From a virus (taxonomy: Duplodnaviria > Caudoviricetes), in IMG/VR virus record IMGVR_UViG_3300009091_000002, positions 1-56,931 of that record: a stretch of DNA of 56,931 nucleotides. One strand, 5' to 3'. The notes under the pieces are model-generated. The model saw only the letters and a program-made list of their open reading frames with translations, made no database searches and was not told where the DNA came from. This document shows positions 29,496-39,551 of this stretch, in pieces. The first letter of the stretch is position 1. Every line of letters begins with the position of its first letter. Both the position numbers and the translations under genes were made by a program.

Positions 29496-29996
29496 AAACA
29501 ATAATTGAAACATTTATCATTGCTTGTGTATTTTTGATTATAATTTTTGGAATATTTGTAGTAGTAGCAGTTGTCGCACCAGAATCGCCTTCATCTAGTT
29601 CAATTGAGTATTGATATGAAAGGATGGTAAAATGCTATCCTTGTAAATTATGATGGAATCAAAAATATTACACAGGTTGGTGAATAACCAAAACCATTAT
29701 AATAGATTCATGGTTTAGGGATTTCCCCTAACAGTTTTCGGAGATATTAAAATGGCTACTTTAATCAAAACAATCGGTGTAAACGTTCGGCTGACTTTGA
29801 CCTCTGGGAAAAAGAGGACTATTAACTATAAACTGGATGCTGTTGATAAAGAACTTTTTTAACAAAAAAGTTACCTGCTAGCATGAAAAAGGATAAATTA
29901 GTTTCTTCCTATAAGGTTTTAAGCATAATTGAATAATCTAAACTAAAGCCAAGGATGGCACTACCCAAAATAATAAAATCAGCTAGGAGAACCCTC

Positions 29997-30695
29997 ATGA
30001 AAAAAGTAATTGAAAAAGTACGTAAATTAATTGCCCTCGGAACTAATTCTGGGGCAACGGAAGGTGAAAGAGATAATGCAATTCGGATGGCACATGGATT
30101 GCTGGCAAAGCATAATCTTGTGGTTAGCGACCTGGAAGAAATTACTGAGAGCCGTATTCAGCAATTTTCTGAATACCAGAATAAGCCATGGGCGGGAGTT
30201 ACAGTTAATGCCATTGCTAAACTATTTTTTTGCTCTTGTTATGGGGAAGAAAAAAGAGCCAATATTCCAGGAACTGGAACAAAAAGGAAAATCTTCTTTA
30301 TTGGGAAGGAAGCAAACGTCACCGCCGCTATCCTAATGGCAGACTATGTTATTACTGCCATTAGGAGAGAAAGAAATCGGAACAAATATTCGTATAGCTT
30401 CTGCAATGGAGCATCAGCTAAGATAAGCCAAAGAGTACAAGAAATAATTAATTCTTCCTCTATTCAGGATGGAGAATCAACTTGCACCGACTTAGCTTTG
30501 GTATCCGTATATAAAACGGAGGAAGAAGCCAACCAAGAGTTTATTTCCAAAGAAGTCGGTTTGCTTAAACAGAAAAAATACCAAGCTAGGAACAATGATG
30601 CCCTAGCATACTTTGCTGGCTGTGCTTATGGTAACGGAATAAGTCTAAATAACCAAGTTGGTGGAAGCAAATCAACCACCAAATCATTAACTTAA
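29997..30695 (+). CDS. DUF2786-containing protein
   Basis: EKVRKL.AL......EGE...A...A..LLAKHNL; start 29997 with AGGAG RBS. Confidence 0.8.
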   Translation: MKKVIEKVRKLIALGTNSGATEGERDNAIRMAHGLLAKHNLVVSDLEEITESRIQQFSEYQNKPWAGVTVNAIAKLFFCSCYGEEKRANIPGTGTKRKIFFIGKEANVTAAILMADYVITAIRRERNRNKYSYSFCNGASAKISQRVQEIINSSSIQDGESTCTDLALVSVYKTEEEANQEFISKEVGLLKQKKYQARNNDALAYFAGCAYGNGISLNNQVGGSKSTTKSLT

Positions 30696-30820
30696 AGGCT
30701 CTCCTGGCCTCCCCTAAGGCAAGATGCCTTCTCCTCGAAGACAAGGAAGTCTTCATTTTTAATTTGGTAGTTCTTTTTAACTATGGTAGGATTTGATTTT
30801 TAATTTCAATTTAATCCAAC

Positions 30821-31369
30821 ATGAGCTTTGTAGGAAAATTAAATAATTCGCATAGCACGCCTACTGAGAAAGCGAAAGAGCTGCAAGCTACCATCCTGCG
30901 GATGTATCGGGATAATCCCAATATTTCAGAAATAGCTAGGACACTTGGCTTTACCCCTCAGTACACTTATAAACTGTACTCAAAGGCGCTAAAAGCAATT
31001 ATTGCTCCGGAAGTTGAAGAACATCGTAAACTTGAAAATGAGCGCCTCGATGTTATGCATTCCGAAGCTATGCGGATACTAAAGGCATTCCATCCTTATG
31101 TGAGCAGTGGAGCAGTAGTTCGTGATGTAGTTGATGATGAGAATGGGAATCCGGTGGTAGATGAAAACGGGAATTTTAAAACCATTAGACTCCAGAATTC
31201 TGACCCAGTGTTAAAGGCGATAGACCGTTTAATCAAGATTTCTGAAAGGCGCGCCAGACTTTGGGGGTTAGATACTCCTGTGAATAGTAAACTGGATATT
31301 TCAACGGACATTGAATCTGGGGGAGTGGCATTTTATATACCAGAAAACTTTAGAGATTCTAAAGAATAA
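30821..31369 (+). CDS. terS: Terminase small subunit
   Basis: N-terminal HTH (ISEIARTLG); AIDRLIKI.ERRA.L.GLD.P motif; upstream of TerL. Confidence 0.8.
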   Translation: MSFVGKLNNSHSTPTEKAKELQATILRMYRDNPNISEIARTLGFTPQYTYKLYSKALKAIIAPEVEEHRKLENERLDVMHSEAMRILKAFHPYVSSGAVVRDVVDDENGNPVVDENGNFKTIRLQNSDPVLKAIDRLIKISERRARLWGLDTPVNSKLDISTDIESGGVAFYIPENFRDSKE

Positions 31370-31434
31370 TCTAGTAGATTAAAGAAACTACCCATAGGAT
31401 AATAAAGGTTTAACCAATTCTTAAAATTTTTAGT

Positions 31435-32238
31435 ATGAATTCAGAACAATTTTATGCGTATCTCCATTGCCGGCCAGACCTTAAAGGTATAGGATCTATA
31501 TTTTATGTTGGTAAAGGAAAGAGGAAAAGGGCACATAATCTTAGCCGCAGGCATAATACTTACCACTCCAACATTGTTAATAAGTTTGGTAAAGAAAACA
31601 TATCCATCAAAGTTTTGAATTGTACATCAGAAGAAGCTGCTCATTCAATGGAAGTAAGCATGATCTCTGTTTTAAGAAGAATGGGGATAAATCTTGTTAA
31701 CCAAACTGAAGGCGGAGAAGGTTCTTCAGGATATATCCATTCAAGCGAATCAATAGAAAAAATTATTCGCTGTCAAAATAATCGCACTGAAAAGCATAAA
31801 GCCAATCTATCGGCTTCTTTAAAAGGAAAAATTCCTTGGAATAGAGGAATGATAGGATGCTACTCTGAAGAAACAAAACAAGAAATATCCAATTCTTTAA
31901 AAGGAAATAAACTTTCGGAAGAAACAAAAAGAAAAATTGGGAATGCTAGCAAAGGAAATCAAAATCTTTTGGGGTACGTACATACTAGCGAAGCAAAAGA
32001 AAAAATTAGTTCTTCTCTTAAAGAATTTTATAGTAAAATTCCTAAAAGCGAAATACTTGTTAAATCTAAAGTTGAAAATCCAACTAGGTTAGCTTGGATT
32101 ACCTTTGATAGCCTTTTTCTAGAGAATCCAGAAATAACTAGAAAAGAAATAATGATTGTTTGCGTGGCTAAAGGAATCTCTACTGGAACCGCCGGAACAC
32201 AGTATTGCCTATGGAAGAAAAAGAAAGCCAATGGGTAA
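31435..32238 (+). CDS. Free-standing GIY-YIG-like/NUMOD3 homing endonuclease with C-terminal shared helical domain
   Basis: Y.YLH......FYVGKG..KR, L.NQT.GGEG, repeated (H)SEETK.KI(S) NUMOD3 motifs. Confidence 0.85.
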   Translation: MNSEQFYAYLHCRPDLKGIGSIFYVGKGKRKRAHNLSRRHNTYHSNIVNKFGKENISIKVLNCTSEEAAHSMEVSMISVLRRMGINLVNQTEGGEGSSGYIHSSESIEKIIRCQNNRTEKHKANLSASLKGKIPWNRGMIGCYSEETKQEISNSLKGNKLSEETKRKIGNASKGNQNLLGYVHTSEAKEKISSSLKEFYSKIPKSEILVKSKVENPTRLAWITFDSLFLENPEITRKEIMIVCVAKGISTGTAGTQYCLWKKKKANG

Positions 32239-33637
32239 AACAAGGGATAAAACTCACATTATTTTTAAGCCGCAACCTGGACCCCAGGAAGCCTTTCTTA
32301 GTAGCAGCGCGGATATCGTCCTCTATGGAGGAGCAGCCGGTTCTGGAAAGACCTTCGCCATGATTCTTGAAACTCTGCGACACGTTACAAAGAATGCAGA
32401 GTTCTCCGCGGTAATCTTTCGCCGAAGCACAACACAGGTTCGAAATCCTGGAGGCCTCTGGGATGAGTCTTTGAAGTTGTATCCGTATTGTGGAGGAAAT
32501 CCAGTAGCCCACCTTCTGGAATGGCGCTGGAAGAAAGGTGGAAAGGTTAAGATGGCCCACCTTGAGCACGGAAGTACCGTCTTGGATTGGCAAGGTGCCC
32601 AGATTCCCTTGATAATGTTTGATGAGCTCACCCACTTCCTAGAAAATCAATTTTTCTATATGCTGTCTAGAAACCGCTCATTAAGCGGGATCAGACCTTG
32701 TATACGGGCATCAACTAATCCGGATGCGGATAGCTGGGTGGCAGCTCTTATCGCTTGGTGGATTGAGCAAGATCCTTCCTCACCTAACTACGGATACCCT
32801 ATTCCAGAAAGGTCAGGAGTTATCCGATGGTTTATTCGAATAAATGATTCTTTAATCTGGGGAGATAGCAGACAGGAGCTTATTGGTATCTATGGTAGCG
32901 AAGTAGAACCAAAATCATTTACCTTTATTCCAGCCAAGCTAGCAGATAATAAAATCTTAATGGAAGCCGACCCAGGTTACCGAGCTAACTTAATGGCACT
33001 TTCTCGGGTAGAACGGGAGAGATTGCTTGGCGGCAACTGGGCAGTAAGGGTAATGTCTGGAATGTATTTTAAACGCTCCGAAGTCAATATTGTCGATATT
33101 GCTCCACTCCCCCACGATATAGAAATGATTGTGCGGAAATGGGATCTGGCCGCTACCGAACCTTGTGAAGGAAATCAGGACCCAGATTGGACTGTTGGGG
33201 TAAAGATGGGACGCCTGAAAAATGGCCGGTATATTGTTTTGGATATCATCAGGGAAAGAGTTCGGTCCAGCAAAGTTCGCGAATTAGTTTTACGGATGGC
33301 AAGGAATGATTCAATCGGAGTAACAATTGGGATAAACCAAGATCCTGGCCAAGCCGGTGTTGATCAGGCTAATAGCTATATTCAATTGTTAGCCGGATTC
33401 AAAGTAGAAGTCGAAAGAGAAACTGGGGATAAAGTTACCCGCGCAGACCCATTTGCAGCTCAATGGCAGAATGGTAATGTGGATATCTTGCGGGCAACAT
33501 GGAATGAGGCTTATTTTAAAGAATTGGAGGATTTTCCTGGAACTGGGCACGATGATCAAGTAGATGGGTCATCAGGTGCTTTCAATATGCTAACCAAAGA
33601 TAATTTATCAGTTTGGGCATCCTTAGGCAGAAAATAA
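32231..33637 (+). CDS. terL: Terminase large subunit
   Basis: PQPGPQ, GGAAGSGKT, FDELTHF, STNP, WDLA, HDDQVD; likely start ATG 32231. Confidence 0.95.
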   Translation: MGKTRDKTHIIFKPQPGPQEAFLSSSADIVLYGGAAGSGKTFAMILETLRHVTKNAEFSAVIFRRSTTQVRNPGGLWDESLKLYPYCGGNPVAHLLEWRWKKGGKVKMAHLEHGSTVLDWQGAQIPLIMFDELTHFLENQFFYMLSRNRSLSGIRPCIRASTNPDADSWVAALIAWWIEQDPSSPNYGYPIPERSGVIRWFIRINDSLIWGDSRQELIGIYGSEVEPKSFTFIPAKLADNKILMEADPGYRANLMALSRVERERLLGGNWAVRVMSGMYFKRSEVNIVDIAPLPHDIEMIVRKWDLAATEPCEGNQDPDWTVGVKMGRLKNGRYIVLDIIRERVRSSKVRELVLRMARNDSIGVTIGINQDPGQAGVDQANSYIQLLAGFKVEVERETGDKVTRADPFAAQWQNGNVDILRATWNEAYFKELEDFPGTGHDDQVDGSSGAFNMLTKDNLSVWASLGRK

Positions 33638-33706
33638 TAAATAGGTGACTTTTGCTGACTATTGCGGTATAAAGGTATTTTAAATTTGGATGGATAACAG
33701 ATTAGA

Positions 33707-34960
33707 GTGATATTTACCAAAGTAAGAGTTCATGGAAATAAAATTATTTCGTTTCTTACCAAGGACGAAGCAGCATTCAAGGAAAGTGAGCATCCTCGTG
33801 CAAAGAATGGAGAGTTTGCCAAAGCTCCTGGAGGAAGTCCATCCGCAAAGATAAAAAACGGAATTACAAAGCCAAAGCCTAATTCCCCACAAGGAAAAGT
33901 TTGGGAATGGGTGGAGAAGTTTACATCCGAGAATGGAGGAAAGTATCCAACACCCTCTCAGATAACAGAGAAGGCAGCTACCGAAGGATGGTCTAAGCAG
34001 TACACTCCAAAATGTGTAAAATTCTATAAACAGTTCCATGAGGAGCAGAAAGGAACTGAGGAGTCAAAAGGAAAAGAGCATAAAGAGGAAGAAAAACCTA
34101 AGCCAGAGCCGGAGCCTGAACCAAAGAAAATAGCAAATACCGTTGAGAATTTCAAGAAAATTGCTGAAGAATTAGGATATAAGTATGAAGGCAAGTATAA
34201 TGGTGTCGAATACTACAAAGTAGGCAACCAGAAACTTAGCTACAGCCCTGAAGCAGAAACTTGGGCATATAAGGAAGGTGGATCAACAATAAATATTGGC
34301 AATGAACTATCAAAAATGGCTTTGGCTCCAAAAGCAGCTCCTGTTGCTTCATATGCCGGTGAATCATATAGCCAGACAAAAACTGGAAGTGCGCCGATTT
34401 ATGCTTCATCCCTACCAACTAGTAATTTCAAGTATTCAAGTAAAGGGATATCAGATGAATCAGGATTGCCATCCGGTATCCAAAAATCTATCCATCGATA
34501 CAAAGGAAGCTATTATCAGCAGATAAATAAAGCAATGAGGTTTTCAACCGATTTCCATGAAGTGGACAAACAAACGATGGTGGATATTTTGAATATCCAA
34601 AGAGCATTCCAGATAGCCCCACCAACTAAAAATGATGTAAATGTAGGAAGAAAGTTTGGGATTGAAGCATTTAAAGCGATGGCAAAAAATGCTGGTATCG
34701 ATGACTTGAATGATATACAGCCAGGTACTATTCTGTCCGAGGAAGCTGTGTGCTCTACTTCTCACAGCAAAAGTGTATGGTCTGGTGATGTCCACATGAA
34801 TATATTAATTCCAAAAGGTGCAAAAGCAATAGACTTGAGTGAAACAATAAATGCAGGAGAGAAAGAGACTATTTTGCCACCTGGAACAAAATTTAAAATT
34901 AACAGCATAACACAAGGTAATGCTGGATCATATAAATTAGATTGTGAGGTGCTGCTATGA
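33707..34960 (+). CDS. VIP2-like ADP-ribosyltransferase, probably virion-associated
   Basis: Y....Y..IN..MR; R-S-E triad (VGRK, CSTS, GEKETILPPG.KF); N-terminal E.EHPR..NG.F motif. Confidence 0.85.
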   Translation: MIFTKVRVHGNKIISFLTKDEAAFKESEHPRAKNGEFAKAPGGSPSAKIKNGITKPKPNSPQGKVWEWVEKFTSENGGKYPTPSQITEKAATEGWSKQYTPKCVKFYKQFHEEQKGTEESKGKEHKEEEKPKPEPEPEPKKIANTVENFKKIAEELGYKYEGKYNGVEYYKVGNQKLSYSPEAETWAYKEGGSTINIGNELSKMALAPKAAPVASYAGESYSQTKTGSAPIYASSLPTSNFKYSSKGISDESGLPSGIQKSIHRYKGSYYQQINKAMRFSTDFHEVDKQTMVDILNIQRAFQIAPPTKNDVNVGRKFGIEAFKAMAKNAGIDDLNDIQPGTILSEEAVCSTSHSKSVWSGDVHMNILIPKGAKAIDLSETINAGEKETILPPGTKFKINSITQGNAGSYKLDCEVLL

Positions 34961-35232
34961 GGATTTACCATGATATTGATGATTTGGATAAAACAAAACA
35001 GTATGAAACATGCCATGTTGCGCGGACAAATGGTTATGACTCTATCCAAGAACAAGAAGATGAACATATTTGGTGTGGCAAGCACGGAACCGATGAATAT
35101 ATTGATGTATACAAAGATGGTTCTTGGAGTTGTATGAATGATAATGCTATAGCTGCAACAGGAGCCAGCGCATTCATGCTTGGCATATTCGTTGCTAATA
35201 AAGAGGTGTATTCAAAAACAATGGCAGCCTAA
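34957..35232 (+). CDS. Small acidic protein coupled to the ART gene (possible inhibitor)
   Basis: ATGA overlap, GAGG RBS, 91 aa. Confidence 0.6.
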   Translation: MRIYHDIDDLDKTKQYETCHVARTNGYDSIQEQEDEHIWCGKHGTDEYIDVYKDGSWSCMNDNAIAATGASAFMLGIFVANKEVYSKTMAA

Positions 35233-35621
35233 TGAAATTCAATTGGTTTAGAAAAAAGAAACGATGCAGGTGTTTACCGCTTCCTGCATTGTGGATCAAC
35301 TATTGCGGTGCTACTTTTAGAGGAAAGAATATAATGTTTTTATTGCCTGATGATAGAACTGCTCAAATCAAATTAGCTCCAGTCAACCTGAAAGGCGTTG
35401 CTGAGCCTGTTGAAAATGTTGAATATGTAAGTTCTGATGTTGCGATTGCAACTGTTGATGCTTCCGGTATTATCACCCCAGTTGCCCATGGCAATGTTAC
35501 TATTAGCGTTACTGCTGATGCGCAGATTGGTGATGGCGTTTCAACTCTTGTTGATGTGATTGAAATTCAAGTTGCATCAAGCCAGGCTGTCAAGCTGGAT
35601 GCTACCGTTGCTTTAATTTAA
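35232..35621 (+). CDS. Ig-like (Big_2) domain protein; start may be ATG near 35333
   Basis: V.Y.SSD..IATVD.SG.IT....G.VTI.V. Confidence 0.75.
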   Translation: MKFNWFRKKKRCRCLPLPALWINYCGATFRGKNIMFLLPDDRTAQIKLAPVNLKGVAEPVENVEYVSSDVAIATVDASGIITPVAHGNVTISVTADAQIGDGVSTLVDVIEIQVASSQAVKLDATVALI

Positions 35622-35705
35622 GCAATTGTTTTAAATTAATTTTTAAGTCACGATAAATTAAGCGTATAATTATCGTGACTTATTTAATCCTATCAGGCAT
35701 TGCTA

Positions 35706-36005
35706 ATGGCTATACATATTCATATACATACGAAAGATGCTGAAGTTGTTCCTCCACAATGGGGGAAATTTCAACAATATATGAAAAAAGCGTGGGCTGC
35801 TGAACGTGGAAAAGAGTCTGCCCAAAAGAAACAAAATCAAGGGAAGCCAGTTACAAAATCGCCTCAAGAATTTCAAGGAGCAATCAGTGAAAATTTTCAG
35901 CAAGCCAATCTTCTTCTGCAGCAGATGAATAAAGAATATCCTGAATTTACAAAAGGCTTTCCAGCCCATTCTTCTGCAACTGGCTGGCTCAGATTAATAA
36001 AATAA
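35706..36005 (+). CDS. Small protein with HIHIH-TKD leader
   Basis: MAIHIHIHTKD...; directly upstream of the portal. Confidence 0.75.
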   Translation: MAIHIHIHTKDAEVVPPQWGKFQQYMKKAWAAERGKESAQKKQNQGKPVTKSPQEFQGAISENFQQANLLLQQMNKEYPEFTKGFPAHSSATGWLRLIK

Positions 36006-36014
36006 GGCAAATAA

Positions 36015-37952
36015 ATGGCACGCAATAAACAAATAAAAAAAGTCAATGTACAACGTACACAAGACAGATTGTTGCGTGAAGAAACCAAATTGCTCAAGGA
36101 CAAGCCAAAACAGACACAGGATAGTTTCCAGAATTTTGAAATGAATCTTGGCATTGGGTCTAATAATCCAATGTCTTCCAGCACGTATGGATTCAATCCT
36201 ATCACCAGAAACAGGACACTGCTGGAGTGGATTTACCGTGGAAGTTGGCTAGGCGGCGTTGCTTGTGATATAAAAGCTGACGATATGACTCGTGGAGGGG
36301 TTGATATCCTCGGGGAACTTGACCCTGACAACGTACAAGCCATTGAGGAAGAAGCAGTTAGACTTGGAATTTGGAACTCTTTAAATGAAACTCTAAAGTG
36401 GTCAGCACTATATGGCGGTGCTATTGCCGTGCTGCTTATTGACGGCCAAGATAATGAAACGCCATTACGCCTGAACACAATTCGTGAAGGACAATTTTGC
36501 GGCTTACTTTCTATGGATAGATGGATGGTCGAGCCTTCATTGTTCGATTTAGTCACCGATTATGGCCCAAGTTTAGGCTTGCCAAAATATTATCGGGTAA
36601 CAGCTATGGCACCGGCTTTAGTGAACCAGCGTATCCATTACAGTCGTGTAATACGTTTCGATGGCATCAAACTTCCTTATTGGCAAAAAGTAATGGAGAA
36701 TCTTTGGGGAATATCTGTTCTTGAGCGCATGTATGATCGCATGATAGCATTCGATAGCGCAACCACAGGGGCTGCTCAATTAGTTTACAAATCATACATT
36801 CGCAATTATAAAATCAAAGGACTAAGGCAGATTGTTGCCGCTGGCGGAGATGCTCTTACCGGACTATCCGCTTATGTTGACATGATGCGCCGCTTCCAAG
36901 GCATCGAAGGAATGACCCTGTTAGATTCAGAAGACGAGTATAATGCAGACAGCCATGGAGCATTCGGTGGCTTATCGGACATATTAATGCGCTTCATGGA
37001 ACAATGCTCTGGCGCTTTACAGATACCTTTAGTGCGATTATTTGGCCAGTCCCCTTCTGGTTTTAGCACTGGGGATACTGATTTGCGCAATTATTATGAT
37101 ACCATTCGGCAAGGGCAAGAAAAAGACTTAAAAGTTGGTGTCACTAAAATTTATCGGGCAATGGCTTCCTCTCTTGGACAACAAGTTCCAGAAGGCTTTG
37201 GGATTTCTTTCAGAAGTCTATGGCAATTGACCGACATTGAAAAATCTGATATTGCCGGTAAGAACAGTGATACGATATCAAAAGCTGAAGAATCAGGATT
37301 GGTTAGCAGATATATTGCTTTGAAAGAACTGAAACAGCAATCAAAAGTAACAGGCATATTTACAAACATAACTGAAGAAGATATTGATGAGGCAGAAAAT
37401 GAGCCGCCACCAATCCCAGAAGATGTCGAAATAGCAGAAATTAAAGAACAAGGGCAAGTAGAAGCTAGTGAAATTAAAGCTAATGTGGGTGCTAATAGCC
37501 CTGTTCCATCTGGAGGCAGGCCAACAATTCCCACAAAAGAAACAAAACAAATTGAAAGCAACAAGGCACACGATTTCAAGGCGATGGCCGCTGCTGGAAT
37601 AATGTTCATGAATGAATCTGGAGAAATACTACTTCTTAAACGGGCATTGTCTGTTCCAGCGGGAAATACTTGGGGGCTACCAGGCGGCACTATTGAAGGT
37701 GGCGAGAATGCTGAGATGGCAGCAAGACGGGAAGCGATAGAGGAAACCGGAATTGTTTATAATGGACCATTGATGAAGATCGATGAAGGCGGTAATTTTA
37801 CAACCTTTACAGCTTTCATACCTGGAGATTTAAGAATTGTTATAAATTCGGAATCACAAGCTTATATGTGGATAAATCCAAACAATATTCCGGAAGATAT
37901 TGTGGTGCTCCATCCCAACCTCAAACGTGTTTTGGATAAGCTGGGCTATTGA
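36015..37952 (+). CDS. Portal protein (DUF1073-like) fused to C-terminal Nudix hydrolase
   Basis: YRGSW......D..ADDMTR, LYGG, IH.SR, IPLVRLFG.SP.G...TG..D..NYYD; Nudix box GGTIEGGENAEMAARREAIEETG. Confidence 0.9.
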   Translation: MARNKQIKKVNVQRTQDRLLREETKLLKDKPKQTQDSFQNFEMNLGIGSNNPMSSSTYGFNPITRNRTLLEWIYRGSWLGGVACDIKADDMTRGGVDILGELDPDNVQAIEEEAVRLGIWNSLNETLKWSALYGGAIAVLLIDGQDNETPLRLNTIREGQFCGLLSMDRWMVEPSLFDLVTDYGPSLGLPKYYRVTAMAPALVNQRIHYSRVIRFDGIKLPYWQKVMENLWGISVLERMYDRMIAFDSATTGAAQLVYKSYIRNYKIKGLRQIVAAGGDALTGLSAYVDMMRRFQGIEGMTLLDSEDEYNADSHGAFGGLSDILMRFMEQCSGALQIPLVRLFGQSPSGFSTGDTDLRNYYDTIRQGQEKDLKVGVTKIYRAMASSLGQQVPEGFGISFRSLWQLTDIEKSDIAGKNSDTISKAEESGLVSRYIALKELKQQSKVTGIFTNITEEDIDEAENEPPPIPEDVEIAEIKEQGQVEASEIKANVGANSPVPSGGRPTIPTKETKQIESNKAHDFKAMAAAGIMFMNESGEILLLKRALSVPAGNTWGLPGGTIEGGENAEMAARREAIEETGIVYNGPLMKIDEGGNFTTFTAFIPGDLRIVINSESQAYMWINPNNIPEDIVVLHPNLKRVLDKLGY

Positions 37953-37953
37953 T

Positions 37954-39414
37954 ATGACTACTTTAGTTGTTGATGCCAAAACAGTATACAAAGACCCATT
38001 GGTTGTATTGCCTATTGTTTCTGTTGGCACGGGTTTCAAGGAGATGATAGGGACTTCTGATGGCAGCTTATTTATAAATCAAAATACTACTGTTGATCCA
38101 TTAAATAGCACAACAACTAATCTTGCACCAGGCGCTTCATTCATTGGCCCTGCTGTATCCGATTTGAATTACACTGCAATTCAATTCACCATAAAATCTG
38201 ATCAGCTTTGTCTTATCTATGTTGATCAAAGTCCAGATGGCACGAATTGGGACATTACTGATGCTTATGAAGCATACCCAACCATTGGCACAGGCAGCTC
38301 TACGCAATTGGTTGCATCATATTATCGGATAAGAGTAACTAACGCAGGGTCTGCAACCACTACTTATTTGCGCTTGCAAACAATACAAGTTCCATTTCTA
38401 TCTTCATTGCCAAGAGCATTAGATGATGATGGCTTTTTGAAAACGTCTAATCAAGCCAATCAAGACCGCAACGGATTTGTTAATCAATTGTCGCCTAATG
38501 GTGAAATGCTTTCTGTGCCAACATATCGGCTTATAGGCTCTGCATTCCCAGGAAATACTCTTGATACAGCGTTCTGGACTCCTTCTGTTGGCATAGGCGG
38601 AACAGTAGCGCCGACAAATGGAATGCTGATACTGAACACAGGAGCAACGGCTAATAATTCAGTTTCAGTAACATCAGCCCAAACAGCCCGATATGTCACT
38701 CGGCAAATAAATAAATTCAGCTGTAAGTTGCAGCTTCCAGACCCAGGCACAGCCAACAATACACGGCGCATTGGAGCATTCACAGCCAATGATGGAGCAT
38801 TTTTTGAGGTAGCAGGGACATTAGTGTCCCTTGTAACTCGCAGTAATGGTGCTGAGACAGCGAGAATAGTAAATGGCAATTTCAATGGCAGGTTAGGCAG
38901 TACTGTAAAAACAGGAAGCATGCTAGAACATTTGTATGAGATTATTTATAATTTGCAGTATGTTTATTTTCTGGTGGATGGAATAGTTTCGCATATGATG
39001 AAATTCAATACGGCATGGTCATCCACTTTAGATTTGCCGATAAGAATAGAGAACACAAATTCAGGCGGTTCAATAACACCAGTTATCGCGAACGTCCTAA
39101 GTGCTTCAATAATGAAATATGGAATTGCGCAGACACAAGTAGTAAGTGATTTTCAACAAGGATTGACTGCGGGTAGGCAACTTAAATTAGGCTCTGGCAA
39201 TATTCACGGCATTGTTTTAAGCGGGATTACGAACAATTCAATTGCAACATTTTATGATGGAACATCGACTGCTGGGCGGGTAATATGGACATCAGGAGCA
39301 TTAGCCTCGAATGGACTGCCATTCGAAATAGATACCAAAGGCGTTGCTTTTTATGCTGGGCTATTCATCGCAGTCACTAGCGCTGCGCTTAATATTCTGA
39401 CCATGTATGAATGA
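37954..39414 (+). CDS. Beta-rich virion/accessory protein (lectin-like region possible)
   Basis: Long T/G/S-rich ORF; QS.DG.NWD, YYRIRVTN; likely start ATG 37954. Confidence 0.65.
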   Translation: MTTLVVDAKTVYKDPLVVLPIVSVGTGFKEMIGTSDGSLFINQNTTVDPLNSTTTNLAPGASFIGPAVSDLNYTAIQFTIKSDQLCLIYVDQSPDGTNWDITDAYEAYPTIGTGSSTQLVASYYRIRVTNAGSATTTYLRLQTIQVPFLSSLPRALDDDGFLKTSNQANQDRNGFVNQLSPNGEMLSVPTYRLIGSAFPGNTLDTAFWTPSVGIGGTVAPTNGMLILNTGATANNSVSVTSAQTARYVTRQINKFSCKLQLPDPGTANNTRRIGAFTANDGAFFEVAGTLVSLVTRSNGAETARIVNGNFNGRLGSTVKTGSMLEHLYEIIYNLQYVYFLVDGIVSHMMKFNTAWSSTLDLPIRIENTNSGGSITPVIANVLSASIMKYGIAQTQVVSDFQQGLTAGRQLKLGSGNIHGIVLSGITNNSIATFYDGTSTAGRVIWTSGALASNGLPFEIDTKGVAFYAGLFIAVTSAALNILTMYE

Positions 39415-39551
39415 AATATGCGCCGGTAAAAATTGTCGAGCCAAAGAAGGCAGAAATCATTCAATTGAATGCCTATTTGAGCATTTTATGGCTTATACTG
39501 GAGGCCACAAAGAATCTATAGCTATCCAAACAATGTTGGAGAAAGCGTATT

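Noticed and set aside
29752-29936. Possible frameshifted small gene at a T6/A6 tract
   Set aside because: No canonical in-phase slippery heptamer and no recognisable product; cannot be told apart from chance or a sequencing error
31370-32238. Group I intron around the endonuclease near terL
   Set aside because: TerS and TerL each appear intact on either side; no split gene is evident
32231-32250. TRD at the TerL N-terminus as a protease site
   Set aside because: TerL is not a mature head component and a single three-residue match is expected by chance
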